NCBI GenBank assembly: GCA_963796275.1
Contig: CAWCKY010000001.1
Coordinates: 1,184,001-1,248,000, forward strand
Length of the DNA: 64,000 nt
Source: an uncultured Acidobacteriota bacterium
Lineage (GTDB): Bacteria > Acidobacteriota > Blastocatellia > RBC074
Reading direction: 5' to 3'
Shown in pieces: positions 55,133-64,000 of the stretch (position 1 is its first letter; every line of letters starts with the position of its first letter). Both the position numbers and the translations under genes were made by a program. The notes beneath the pieces were generated by a model. That model searched no databases and was not told where the DNA came from. It worked only from the letters and a program-made list of their open reading frames with translations.

Positions 55133-56026
55133 TCACCCCTTGACTCTGATCCCGAGCAGCTTCGCCAGCGTCTCGCCATAGATTTTCCGGCGGCTGGCTT
55201 CGGGCACGCCGCAGGCATCCAGCATAGATTCGTAACCGGCCAGGCAAGCATCCAGATTCTCCGGCAGCTCATCAGTCCCGAAGACCAGTTTTTCAAAGGC
55301 GTAGACCGCCTCGGACGAACTATGCGCCGTCGGTCCCTCCCACCAGAGGTACTCTTTAAAGACGGCCAGATTCTTAGCTTTCTTGAGCAAAGACGACCCG
55401 GTGAGATCGAAGTAGATGTTCCTCTCCCAGCGCGCGACCTCAGCGGCCTCATCGTACCAGGGATTGCCTAGGTGCGCGCCCTGGATCACCAGCTTTGGGA
55501 ACGACCGCGCGATGGTATGCAGGAAAGACGGTCGCATGCGGGCCATCGAGGACGGCTCCGGCTCGTCCGTGTTCGATCCTGAAACTATGCCGGTGTGGAA
55601 TAGCGCGATGAGCCCGAGCGATTGCAGCTTGTCGTATATCGGGAAATAGCCGAAATCATCCCAATTATATTTTGGGGTATGCATCTTGATCCCTTTAAAC
55701 CCTGCATCGGCGAACTGCTTGATCTCACGCAGCGCATTCGGGTCATCCACGCTGATTCGACCGTAAGGGATTATCACATTGGGATGCTGGGCTGCGGCCT
55801 TCCTGATCACTTCGAGGCCCGGCGCAGGAGTGAGAACGCAGGCCATCGCATTGCGCTCAGCGTACACCTTCACCAGCCGGGCGACGTAATCGGGCGCGGG
55901 CTGGTAGTGCTGATGAGAGTCGATGATGAACCTGCGTGGCGGCTGGTATGATGCGTCGAGCGGAATACTCGCCGCACCCGCCGTCATCAGTTTGATAAAG
56001 TTCCGGCGTGAAGTAGTCAGATTCAT
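55133..56026 (-). CDS. Tat-exported amidohydrolase_2 family protein
   Basis: SRRNFIK twin-arginine signal; IDSHQH, KMH, FHTG, AHLG and FGTD metal-binding motifs. Confidence 0.85.
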   Translation of the reverse strand: MNLTTSRRNFIKLMTAGAASIPLDASYQPPRRFIIDSHQHYQPAPDYVARLVKVYAERNAMACVLTPAPGLEVIRKAAAQHPNVIIPYGRISVDDPNALREIKQFADAGFKGIKMHTPKYNWDDFGYFPIYDKLQSLGLIALFHTGIVSGSNTDEPEPSSMARMRPSFLHTIARSFPKLVIQGAHLGNPWYDEAAEVARWERNIYFDLTGSSLLKKAKNLAVFKEYLWWEGPTAHSSSEAVYAFEKLVFGTDELPENLDACLAGYESMLDACGVPEASRRKIYGETLAKLLGIRVKG

Positions 56027-56314
56027 GCCCGCGAGACTAGGCGAAATTTACAAAAATGTCTATGCGCCAACCAACCTTAACCGCTTGTACAATATATGGA
56101 AAAAACTGAAGGATATGGATTTTGAACTACGGTGATGGTATAAATCAACAGGTACCATCCAAGACGATAATCGTTAAACATACTTATGTCAGCGAAATAA
56201 ATTGCTAAATTCGCAAGCATCACGTCTACCTGGCTTTGCAGGGTTTCACGCTACCCAAAATATATCAATCGAACCGCAAGAACCACAAAACCATACACAC
56301 GCAAGGAGTATCGT

Positions 56315-59300
56315 ATGATTTGTATCGCTCAATCCCCCAACCCTCTAGGCCGTTACATAACTTCATTGGGATCGCTTCTTATACTGCTCGTCGCGTTAGC
56401 GGCCGGAAGCCGCGCCCAGACAACTTTCGGCAGTATAACGGGCAATGTGACGGATAGCTCGGGGGCTGCTGTTCCAAACGTCACCATTGAAGCCACACAC
56501 ATTCAGAGTAACTATCGTTACGCGGCTAAATCCAATGAGGTCGGAAACTATACCCTGCCGCAGTTGCGTGAAGGCGAGTACCGGGTGCGCGCAAACGCCA
56601 CGGGATTCAGCGAATTCATCGCGCAGAACGTTCTGCTTCAGGCGCGTGAAGAGCGGCGTCTCGATATCCGGCTTCAGGTGGGCACATTGGGCTCCGCCGT
56701 CGAAGTAACGGCTGGAGCGGCTCTCATCGAGACTGATACTGCGCGCATCGGGGATTCGAAAAACGCCGAGGCGCTGAAGAGCCTCCCGCTCAGTACACGC
56801 TCGCTCTATTCGTTTCTGGCGCTCACCCCTGGAGTGTTGGGCGCTGGAGGAGGCCAGTCGACGAGAAGATTTGCCGGCAGCCGCGTCAATCAGTCAGAGC
56901 AGTCGATCGATGGCATCACAACCAGCAATGGGTTCGATGGGACACAGATCACTCCGCTGGTGAGCTATATCGAGAGCTTCCAGGAAGTACGCGTCGATAT
57001 GGCGAACAATAGCGCAGATATCGGTTCGGTGGGACAGGTGACGGTGGTCTCGAAATCCGGCACCAATGAGATACACGGTAACGTCTTCGATTACTATGTG
57101 ACGCCCTGGTTTCGCGCGCGTAACCCGTTTGCGGCGGAGCGAGGCGCAGGTGTCAGGCATCAGCCGGGCGGCTCCATCGGCGGCCCGATCGCGATCCCGA
57201 AGGTCTACAATGGCCGGGATCGAAGTTTCTTCTTCTTCTCATTCGAGACATCGCGCGGCAGCAACATCAATCAACTGCTCAACCCGACCGTTCCGCCGGT
57301 TCCATGGAGAAATGGGGATTTCTCGGCCCTTTGTTCCGCCTATGATGCCGCAGGTCTCTGCGACGACGAAGACGGAGTACAACTGATTAACCCGCTTGCA
57401 GATGGAGGCCCGGCTCCATTTGCCAACAATCGGATTCCAATAGGAAGTATCAATGCGGTTTCGCAGCGGATCCAGGACCGATTCTATCCATTGCCCAATT
57501 TCGGCGATCTCAACGTTTTCGCGTCGCAAAACTATCGCGAGCAGAAGAGCAGGCAGTTCGACCCTCAGACCTACTATACGGCGCGCCTCGACCATCGTTT
57601 CTCCAATAATTCGTTCATTTTCGGCCGCTGGACGTGGGCGCGGGAGCACAGCCGGGATTACGAAGCGAACCTTCCTACCATCGGGCAGCGCTGGCAGACA
57701 CGAGACACGCGAGCATTTAACCTCTCCTACACGCACAACCTGAGACCGACCCTGGTCTCGGAGACCCGGTGGGGATTTGCTTATAACGACAATCCCAGGA
57801 ATGGCGCTCTGCTGGGTCAGGAAGTAGTTGATAACCTCGGGATCACGGGTCTCGTCGATAATCTTCCGGATATCAATGGGGTGCTCGATCTGCGGTTCCA
57901 GGGAGTCGGCCTCACGCGCATCACGCAGACGCCGTGGCGCCATCCGGGATTCAAGAACTTCGCGCAGCAATGGCAGCAACATCTCAATTGGTATAGCGGC
58001 CGCCATTCGATCAAATCGGGGTTCATTCTCAGCCGGGTTCGTTTTGAGGATAACCAGGCTCCGGCTGCATTATTCGGCGACGTGCGATTCTCGGACCGTT
58101 TCACCGGTCATCCGTACGCCGACTTTCTGCTCGGCATACCGACGTCCAGCTCGCGCGCCTTTCCGCAGGTCGAGATCAGCCGCCTGCGCTGGGCCTATGA
58201 TTTCTTTGTCGCCGACGATTTCAAGGTAACACCGAAGCTCACTTTGAATATCGGTATGCGCTATGAGTTGCATCCGACGTACAGCGAGGATAACGGGATG
58301 CAATCGACTTTCGATATCGAGAGCGGCAAGATCGTGGTCCCGAACGGGAGCCTCAGCCAGATCAGTCCGTTAATGCCGCGCGGTTATGTGGATATCATCG
58401 AGGCGAGCGATGCCGGGCTTCCCGGCGACCGTTTGATCAAGACCGACAGGAACAATTTCGCACCGAGAATCGGCCTGGCATACCGGCCATGGGATAATGA
58501 CACCGTGATCCGCGCCGGGTTCGGCATCTTTTATGACGTCGTGCCGCGCGCCGAAAATGCCGGTGGCGCGCCTTTCGTGATCAACGAACCGATGTTCACC
58601 AATCCGGCGACCAATCCGAGCGTGATCTTCCCGCTCGTCTTTCCGGATAGCGTTGCAGGGCCGACCACGATCACCATACCGACGGCATTCAATCCGAATT
58701 TGAGGTCTCCATACAGCATGCAGTACAACTTAACGCTCGAGCACCAGCGATGGAATACCGGTTTTCGCCTGTCATACATCGGGACCAATACACGGCAGGG
58801 AGAATGGATGTTCAATATCAACCAGCCGGTTGCCGATGAACGGCTTTTCGCCGACAAGCCCCGGCGTTTTCCCCGATATCCGGGTATCAACTATCTGACC
58901 AACGGCGCTGGTCATCAATACCACTCGTTCGCAGTAGAGGTCGAGCGCCGTTTTGTAAGAGGGCTCTCGTACCAGGCTTCGTGGGTCTGGGCGCGCGACA
59001 TTGGCGATCTGGATCGAGGAGCTGCACCGGAAAACGCATACGATCGCGAGCGTGAACGCGGAGTCTGGCTCGACATACCGACTCACAGGCTGACCGGTAA
59101 CCTCGTATATGAACTGCCGTTCGGTCGGAATAAGCAATGGTTCAAATCAGGTCGAGCTGTTAACGCAATTTTTGGCGGATGGGAGATCAGCGGGATCTAC
59201 AGCTATCATTCCGGCCAGTTCATGACGCCGCTGTGGACGGGGCCTGATCCGACCGGCACGGCCTTCACCACCAGCCGCACTCCGGCGAATGTGACTATCC

Positions 59301-59695
59301 GTCCTGACCAGTTGCGCGATCCCAACCTGCCGTCGTCTGAGCGCACGGTCGAGCGCTGGTTCGATGTCTCGGCTTTCGGAGCGCCTCAGCTGGGACGATT
59401 CGGGACCTCGGCGCGCAATGTTATCAAAGGGCCTGATTCGAAGGTTATGCATGCCGGCCTATCAAAGACTTTCAGCTTTGGTGAGCGGATGCGCCTCCGT
59501 TTCGATATCATCTCGACCAATGTGTTCAATCGTCCCAACTATTCATCGCTCACGGGCGACGACGCGCTCACGGCGGAGGGATTGAATATCTCGCAGAGAG
59601 GCGTGGTCGGGGTACTGACCGGCGTCGGCGACACATCGGACCTAGATTTGAGCGGCCCGCGTTCGTTTCGAGCCGGAATCCGGGTGGAGTGGTAA
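56315..59695 (+). CDS. Oar-like TonB-dependent receptor (acidobacterial glycan-uptake type)
   Basis: GSITGNVTDSSGAAVP carboxypeptidase-regulatory domain, KSGTNEIHG, NNFAPRIGLAY, IRAGFGIFY, C-terminal IRVEW. Confidence 0.92.
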   Translation: MICIAQSPNPLGRYITSLGSLLILLVALAAGSRAQTTFGSITGNVTDSSGAAVPNVTIEATHIQSNYRYAAKSNEVGNYTLPQLREGEYRVRANATGFSEFIAQNVLLQAREERRLDIRLQVGTLGSAVEVTAGAALIETDTARIGDSKNAEALKSLPLSTRSLYSFLALTPGVLGAGGGQSTRRFAGSRVNQSEQSIDGITTSNGFDGTQITPLVSYIESFQEVRVDMANNSADIGSVGQVTVVSKSGTNEIHGNVFDYYVTPWFRARNPFAAERGAGVRHQPGGSIGGPIAIPKVYNGRDRSFFFFSFETSRGSNINQLLNPTVPPVPWRNGDFSALCSAYDAAGLCDDEDGVQLINPLADGGPAPFANNRIPIGSINAVSQRIQDRFYPLPNFGDLNVFASQNYREQKSRQFDPQTYYTARLDHRFSNNSFIFGRWTWAREHSRDYEANLPTIGQRWQTRDTRAFNLSYTHNLRPTLVSETRWGFAYNDNPRNGALLGQEVVDNLGITGLVDNLPDINGVLDLRFQGVGLTRITQTPWRHPGFKNFAQQWQQHLNWYSGRHSIKSGFILSRVRFEDNQAPAALFGDVRFSDRFTGHPYADFLLGIPTSSSRAFPQVEISRLRWAYDFFVADDFKVTPKLTLNIGMRYELHPTYSEDNGMQSTFDIESGKIVVPNGSLSQISPLMPRGYVDIIEASDAGLPGDRLIKTDRNNFAPRIGLAYRPWDNDTVIRAGFGIFYDVVPRAENAGGAPFVINEPMFTNPATNPSVIFPLVFPDSVAGPTTITIPTAFNPNLRSPYSMQYNLTLEHQRWNTGFRLSYIGTNTRQGEWMFNINQPVADERLFADKPRRFPRYPGINYLTNGAGHQYHSFAVEVERRFVRGLSYQASWVWARDIGDLDRGAAPENAYDRERERGVWLDIPTHRLTGNLVYELPFGRNKQWFKSGRAVNAIFGGWEISGIYSYHSGQFMTPLWTGPDPTGTAFTTSRTPANVTIRPDQLRDPNLPSSERTVERWFDVSAFGAPQLGRFGTSARNVIKGPDSKVMHAGLSKTFSFGERMRLRFDIISTNVFNRPNYSSLTGDDALTAEGLNISQRGVVGVLTGVGDTSDLDLSGPRSFRAGIRVEW

Positions 59696-59805
59696 GGGCA
59701 GATGTTGTCGATGATATTTCAACCCGGCGCTGCTCGACTGCAGTCGAGCTGACAGCGATCTTCAATTAGCGGGTCGTGAAACCCGGATTGCCGCAAAGCA
59801 CAGAG

Positions 59806-59868
59806 GCAGCGGGAAGGCAGAGCTTAAGAGGATAGACGAGACTTCGGTCATCCCCTGCCTCCCCCTGC
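59806..59868. repeat. Imperfect intergenic inverted repeat
   Basis: GCAGCGGGAAGGCAG ... CTGCCTCCCCCTGC between the receptor and lyase genes. Confidence 0.3.
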
Positions 59869-59942
59869 GCCTTCTGAGGTGACTCGGGTTTCTTCTTGAC
59901 CCTTTGCGATAAATAAGCCTGATAACGTATATTTTCTGAAAA

Positions 59943-61592
59943 ATGAAACATACCAAATTACCGATCCTGGTTATGCTCGCCTTAATGCTCAGCGCCGTGC
60001 GGGTCGAGGCCCAGGTTACGCGCGCGCAGGCGGAAGGTGCGCTTCGTAAGGCCGCCCAGTTCTATCGAGAGAAGGTTTCCACAAAGGGCGGCTATCACTA
60101 TTACTATGCCGAAGACCTGAGCTATGGCCGATCCGAGCACGGAGAAGGGCCGACGCAGATAGAAGTACAGCGCGAGGCGACTCCGATCGTGGGCCTTACC
60201 TACCTGCGCGCCTATGACGCCACCGGTGACCGGTTCTACCTCGAGGCGGCGCGCGCAGCGGCGAATGCTCTCGTCCTGGGCCAGCAATGTTCGGGCGGGT
60301 GGGATTACATAATCGAGTTCGATCCGGAGAAGCGCAAAAAATATCCTTATCGCGCCGACCAAAATTGCGAGGCGGAAAACGCGGGCCGGCACTATACGAC
60401 GCTGGACGACAACGTGACGCAGGGCGCCGTGCGGCTGATGATGCGGGTCGATCGCGAACTGAAGTTCGAAGACAAGAATATCCACGAGGCGGTTCTCTTC
60501 TCTCTGGATCAGTTGATGAAAACGCAGTACCCCAATGGCGCCTGGCCGCAGCGCTATTATCAGTTTGCTGATCCCGCTCGTTTCCCGGTGAAGAAGGCGA
60601 GCTATCCGGAATCCTGGTCACGGACGTGGCCGGGGCCGGATTATCGTTTCCTCTATACCTTCAACGACAATACGATCTCAGACCTGATCGACATGTTTCT
60701 GGAGGCCTGGCGAGTCTACGGAGACGACAGGTACCGCCGAGCCGCGGTGAAGGGCGGTGAATTTATCCTCCTGGCGCAGATGCCAGATCCTCAACCGGCG
60801 TGGGCGCAACAATACGATATCGATATGCACCCAGCTTGGGCTCGCATCTTTGAGCCGCCCTCGATCACCGGGGGCGAATCTCAGGGCATCATCCGAATCC
60901 TGCTGGTTCTTTATGCGGAGACGGGCGACAAGAAATATATCGAGCCGGTCCGCCGGGCTCTCGATTACCTGAAACGTTCTGTGCTGCCGTCGGTAGAGAA
61001 TCCGTCGGAAGCTCGCCGCCGCTTCAAAGAGGGGGAACCGGTGCTGGCACGCTTTTCCGAGCTGAAGACCAACCGCCCGCTATACATTACCAAGGGCACG
61101 CGCGTCAGCGTCCTGGGTAACGGAGCGTCTTTGGTGGGCGGGTACCAGCTCAGTTACACCGATGAATCGGTCATCACACATTACTCCGTGCTGGTCAGCG
61201 GCGCACAGCTCGGCGAGATCGAAGCCGAATATAAACGCCTGCTCGATGCCGACCCGGCTACTATCCGGCGTCCGTTGAAGTTGCGCGGCCTGTCGCCATG
61301 GAGCCACAGCGAAACACGATTGTCCGATGTCGGTGAGATCATCGCCAAGATGGACGCCCGCGGGGCCTGGGTCGAGGAGGGTAGTATCGGGAAATCCGAC
61401 CGCGTCGTCAGCGTATTTGCCGCACGCGATATGGTGGTAACCATCGGAGACCGAGTGTTGCCGATCAAAGAGAATGAGACTCTCGCAATCTTTCAGGGCA
61501 CAGAGAGCCCGCGCGGGCGCATCATCCGCTCTGAGACATTTGCGCGCAATATGGATGCTCTATGCTTATTTCTCGAGCAGGCAGGCCGGTGA
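59943..61592 (+). CDS. Secreted pectate lyase-like (PL10 / Pec_lyase) protein
   Basis: Signal peptide; TLDDNVT, QYPNGAWPQ, TFNDN, QPAWAQQYD, ARIFEPP..GGES motifs. Confidence 0.78.
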   Translation: MKHTKLPILVMLALMLSAVRVEAQVTRAQAEGALRKAAQFYREKVSTKGGYHYYYAEDLSYGRSEHGEGPTQIEVQREATPIVGLTYLRAYDATGDRFYLEAARAAANALVLGQQCSGGWDYIIEFDPEKRKKYPYRADQNCEAENAGRHYTTLDDNVTQGAVRLMMRVDRELKFEDKNIHEAVLFSLDQLMKTQYPNGAWPQRYYQFADPARFPVKKASYPESWSRTWPGPDYRFLYTFNDNTISDLIDMFLEAWRVYGDDRYRRAAVKGGEFILLAQMPDPQPAWAQQYDIDMHPAWARIFEPPSITGGESQGIIRILLVLYAETGDKKYIEPVRRALDYLKRSVLPSVENPSEARRRFKEGEPVLARFSELKTNRPLYITKGTRVSVLGNGASLVGGYQLSYTDESVITHYSVLVSGAQLGEIEAEYKRLLDADPATIRRPLKLRGLSPWSHSETRLSDVGEIIAKMDARGAWVEEGSIGKSDRVVSVFAARDMVVTIGDRVLPIKENETLAIFQGTESPRGRIIRSETFARNMDALCLFLEQAGR

Positions 61593-61663
61593 GCTACCAC
61601 AAGAATGGAATGAACCCTTAATTTGCGGTTTTTGTGATGAATTTTTTTGAGTCAATGAACAGC

Positions 61664-64000
61664 ATGAAATGGAAATTGCCAGTTTTGTTCCTGGCTTGCG
61701 GCTTACTTGTTTACTCGTTCTGTAGTGAATCGGCCGTCAGCCGCGCGCAGCGACGCATCGATTTCAACCGCGACATTCGCCCGATCCTTTCTGATAAATG
61801 TTTCGCCTGCCATGGACCGGACGCGCCCAACCAGAAGATCAGGCTGCGTCTCGATTCAGAGGCCGCCGCGACTGCTGATCTGGGGAGAGGCCGTCGCGCA
61901 ATCGTTCCGGGTGATATTGAACGGAGCGAGGTCGTGCGCCGCATCACGGCGAGCGACGAATCGATGCGAATGCCTCCGTCATATTCCGGACATAAATTGA
62001 CTCGAACAGAGATCGATCTGATTATCGACTGGATCAAAGATGGCGCACAGTGGCAGAAACATTGGTCGTTCATCCCGCCTGACAGGCCGGAGCTGCCGCA
62101 AGTCAAAAACAAATCGTGGCCGAAAAACCCGATCGATTATTTTGTGCTGCAACGTCTGGAGCGCGAAGGTTTGGAACCCTCGCCCGAGGCTGATCGCGCC
62201 ACTCTCTTACGCCGTCTGTCTTTCGATCTGACCGGGCTTCCGCCGTCGCTGAAGGAGATCGATGACTTTATCAACGACAAATCGGATTATGCCTACGAAA
62301 AGGTCGTCGACCGTTTGCTCAGCAGCCCACGGTACGGCGAACGGATGGCTTTCAGATGGCTCGATGCGGCCAGGTATGCCGATACGAACGGATATCAGAT
62401 CGATGGGAATCGCGATGCCTGGCGCTGGCGCGATTGGGTGATCGAATCTTTCAACCGCAATATGCCGTTCGACCAATTCGTTGTCGAGCAATTGGCCGGC
62501 GATCTGTTGCCGAACGCTACTCTCGACCAGAAGATCGCCACCGCATTCAATCGCAACCATCGCATCAACGCCGAAGGGGGGATCGTTCCCGAAGAATATC
62601 GCATCGAGTATGTCGTCGATCGCGTAGACACGACATCGACCGTCTTCATGGGGCTGACGATGGGCTGCGCGCGCTGCCATAACCACAAATACGATCCGAT
62701 TACGCAGAAGGAGTATTATCAGCTCTCCGCCTATTTCAACAGCATCGACGAAGATGGGCATTCATTTGACCAGGGGAATTCACCGCCTTTGATCGCCGCA
62801 CCCACTGATGAGCAACAGCGGAAATTATCGCACTACGATCGGGTGATCGAAGAAGCTGAAAATCGAATCGATGTGCTATCACAACAATACGCCGCAAACC
62901 AACGCCGCTGGGAGAAGTCATTGAAATCTTCCGCTCGCGGGAAATCGAAACGACACTGGTTCCCAGAAGAAAATCTACTGGTACATCTTGGGTTCGATCA
63001 AACCAGCATCCCCGTCTTCAACAAATCGGACCGGCCGTATCACGGGCAATCCGACAAGAAGATGGAGATCGGATTCAAGGGAGGCACGCCGCACTACGTG
63101 GTTGCGCCGGCGGGGCAGGGGGTAGCCTTCGACGGAAAATTATCATTCGATGCCGGCTTGCACGCTGATTTCCGTTACAAATCGACTTCTCAGGATTTCC
63201 GTGAGCGTTTCACGATTGCTGCGTGGGTATACCCGGGATCGGAACAGAGCGGCTCAATTGTTACGAAGGTCAGCGACAACCCGGCGGAAACGGAAAATAA
63301 CATCCCGCGCGCCGATGGTTACGGAATCTATTTTCTGAATGGCAAGCTCCATTTCAATATGGTTTTCCGCTGGGGCGAAGATACGCTGCGAGTCGAAACG
63401 GAAAATACATTGCCGGTCAAACAGTGGCATCATATAGCCGTGGTGTTCGATGGATCTGAGGTCTGGGAAGACCGCATCCGTATCTACGTAGACGGGAAGC
63501 AGGAAAAACTGAAATTCAATCAACGAAATTTCTTTCTGTTTTTCGGCAATTCCAGGGAGACGCTGAAGATCGGCGCCGGCGGCGGTCCGCAGGTTCGCTT
63601 CAAAGGCGCGCTTGACGAAGTGCGAATTTATAGCCGCGCCCTCGATACGGATGAGATCGCTCTGCTCGGTTGCGCAGATTCGCTGGAAAAAATCGCAGCG
63701 ATTCCTTCCGCCAATCGAACGCGCGTCCAGGAGTTAAAGATTCATCGCGCCTTCGTCGCGCAAGCCGGCCCGGCAGATGTGAAAGATGCTTACAAAAAAT
63801 TGATCGATCTCAAACAGGAGAGGCTCAATTTTACAGACACCATCCCTACCTTGATGGTCATGGAAGAGTTGCCCGAGCCTCGTCCGACATTTTTGCTCAA
63901 GCGCGGCGCGTATGATGCTCCCGGTGAAAAAGTAGGCCGCGGCGTTCCATTCGCATTGCCGTCGATTCCTTCGTCCTTCCCTGACAACCGTCTCGGTTTC
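61664..64000 (+). CDS. Planctomycete cytochrome c / DUF1549(-DUF1553) protein with LamG-like insert; partial at window edge
   Basis: Manual translation [12 protein letters not shown]...[22 protein letters not shown] (CxxCH), [43 protein letters not shown]. No stop before 64000, so absent from the ORF track. Confidence 0.9.
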   Translation, partial: MKWKLPVLFLACGLLVYSFCSESAVSRAQRRIDFNRDIRPILSDKCFACHGPDAPNQKIRLRLDSEAAATADLGRGRRAIVPGDIERSEVVRRITASDESMRMPPSYSGHKLTRTEIDLIIDWIKDGAQWQKHWSFIPPDRPELPQVKNKSWPKNPIDYFVLQRLEREGLEPSPEADRATLLRRLSFDLTGLPPSLKEIDDFINDKSDYAYEKVVDRLLSSPRYGERMAFRWLDAARYADTNGYQIDGNRDAWRWRDWVIESFNRNMPFDQFVVEQLAGDLLPNATLDQKIATAFNRNHRINAEGGIVPEEYRIEYVVDRVDTTSTVFMGLTMGCARCHNHKYDPITQKEYYQLSAYFNSIDEDGHSFDQGNSPPLIAAPTDEQQRKLSHYDRVIEEAENRIDVLSQQYAANQRRWEKSLKSSARGKSKRHWFPEENLLVHLGFDQTSIPVFNKSDRPYHGQSDKKMEIGFKGGTPHYVVAPAGQGVAFDGKLSFDAGLHADFRYKSTSQDFRERFTIAAWVYPGSEQSGSIVTKVSDNPAETENNIPRADGYGIYFLNGKLHFNMVFRWGEDTLRVETENTLPVKQWHHIAVVFDGSEVWEDRIRIYVDGKQEKLKFNQRNFFLFFGNSRETLKIGAGGGPQVRFKGALDEVRIYSRALDTDEIALLGCADSLEKIAAIPSANRTRVQELKIHRAFVAQAGPADVKDAYKKLIDLKQERLNFTDTIPTLMVMEELPEPRPTFLLKRGAYDAPGEKVGRGVPFALPSIPSSFPDNRLGF

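Noticed and set aside
55131-55247. N-terminal extension of the MFS ORF in the track
   Set aside because: Overlaps the amidohydrolase 3' end in another frame; the start at 55130 fits better.

Overview
Bacterial chromosomal window whose gene styles (Oar-like TonB receptor, CHAT/ECF cassette, PSCyt/DUF1549 protein) suggest Acidobacteriota, possibly Blastocatellia; this taxonomy is inference. Bases 1-32.9 kb hold a minus-strand, 10-module NRPS line in two genes. NRPS-1 (7 modules) has a starter C domain and one dual E/C domain. NRPS-2 (3 modules plus TE) runs off the left edge and is broken by two single-base insertions. Manually read A-domain codes predict acyl-X-(D-allo)Thr-Ile-Gln-Ala-Phe/Tyr-Gly-Ile-X(methylated?)-beta-Ala. 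Module 9 carries a methyltransferase-like domain inserted between core motifs A6 and A7. The NRPS is a mosaic of near-identical DNA repeats with swapped A-domain cores. To the right lie: a secreted TPR-CHAT protease with a SPOR domain inside the catalytic domain, followed by an ECF-like sigma factor and a membrane anti-sigma-like protein; a kptA::sulfatase chimera; a Fur-box-linked siderophore receptor plus PepSY gene; an in-frame fusion of a flavin-dependent halogenase-like enzyme to a sigma54 enhancer-binding protein, with three candidate sigma54 promoters in the window, one facing the NRPS; a BlaI/BlaR1 pair with an L,D-transpeptidase; and a sugar-acid/pectin-like utilisation locus. No rRNA, tRNA, CRISPR array or transposase was recognised.
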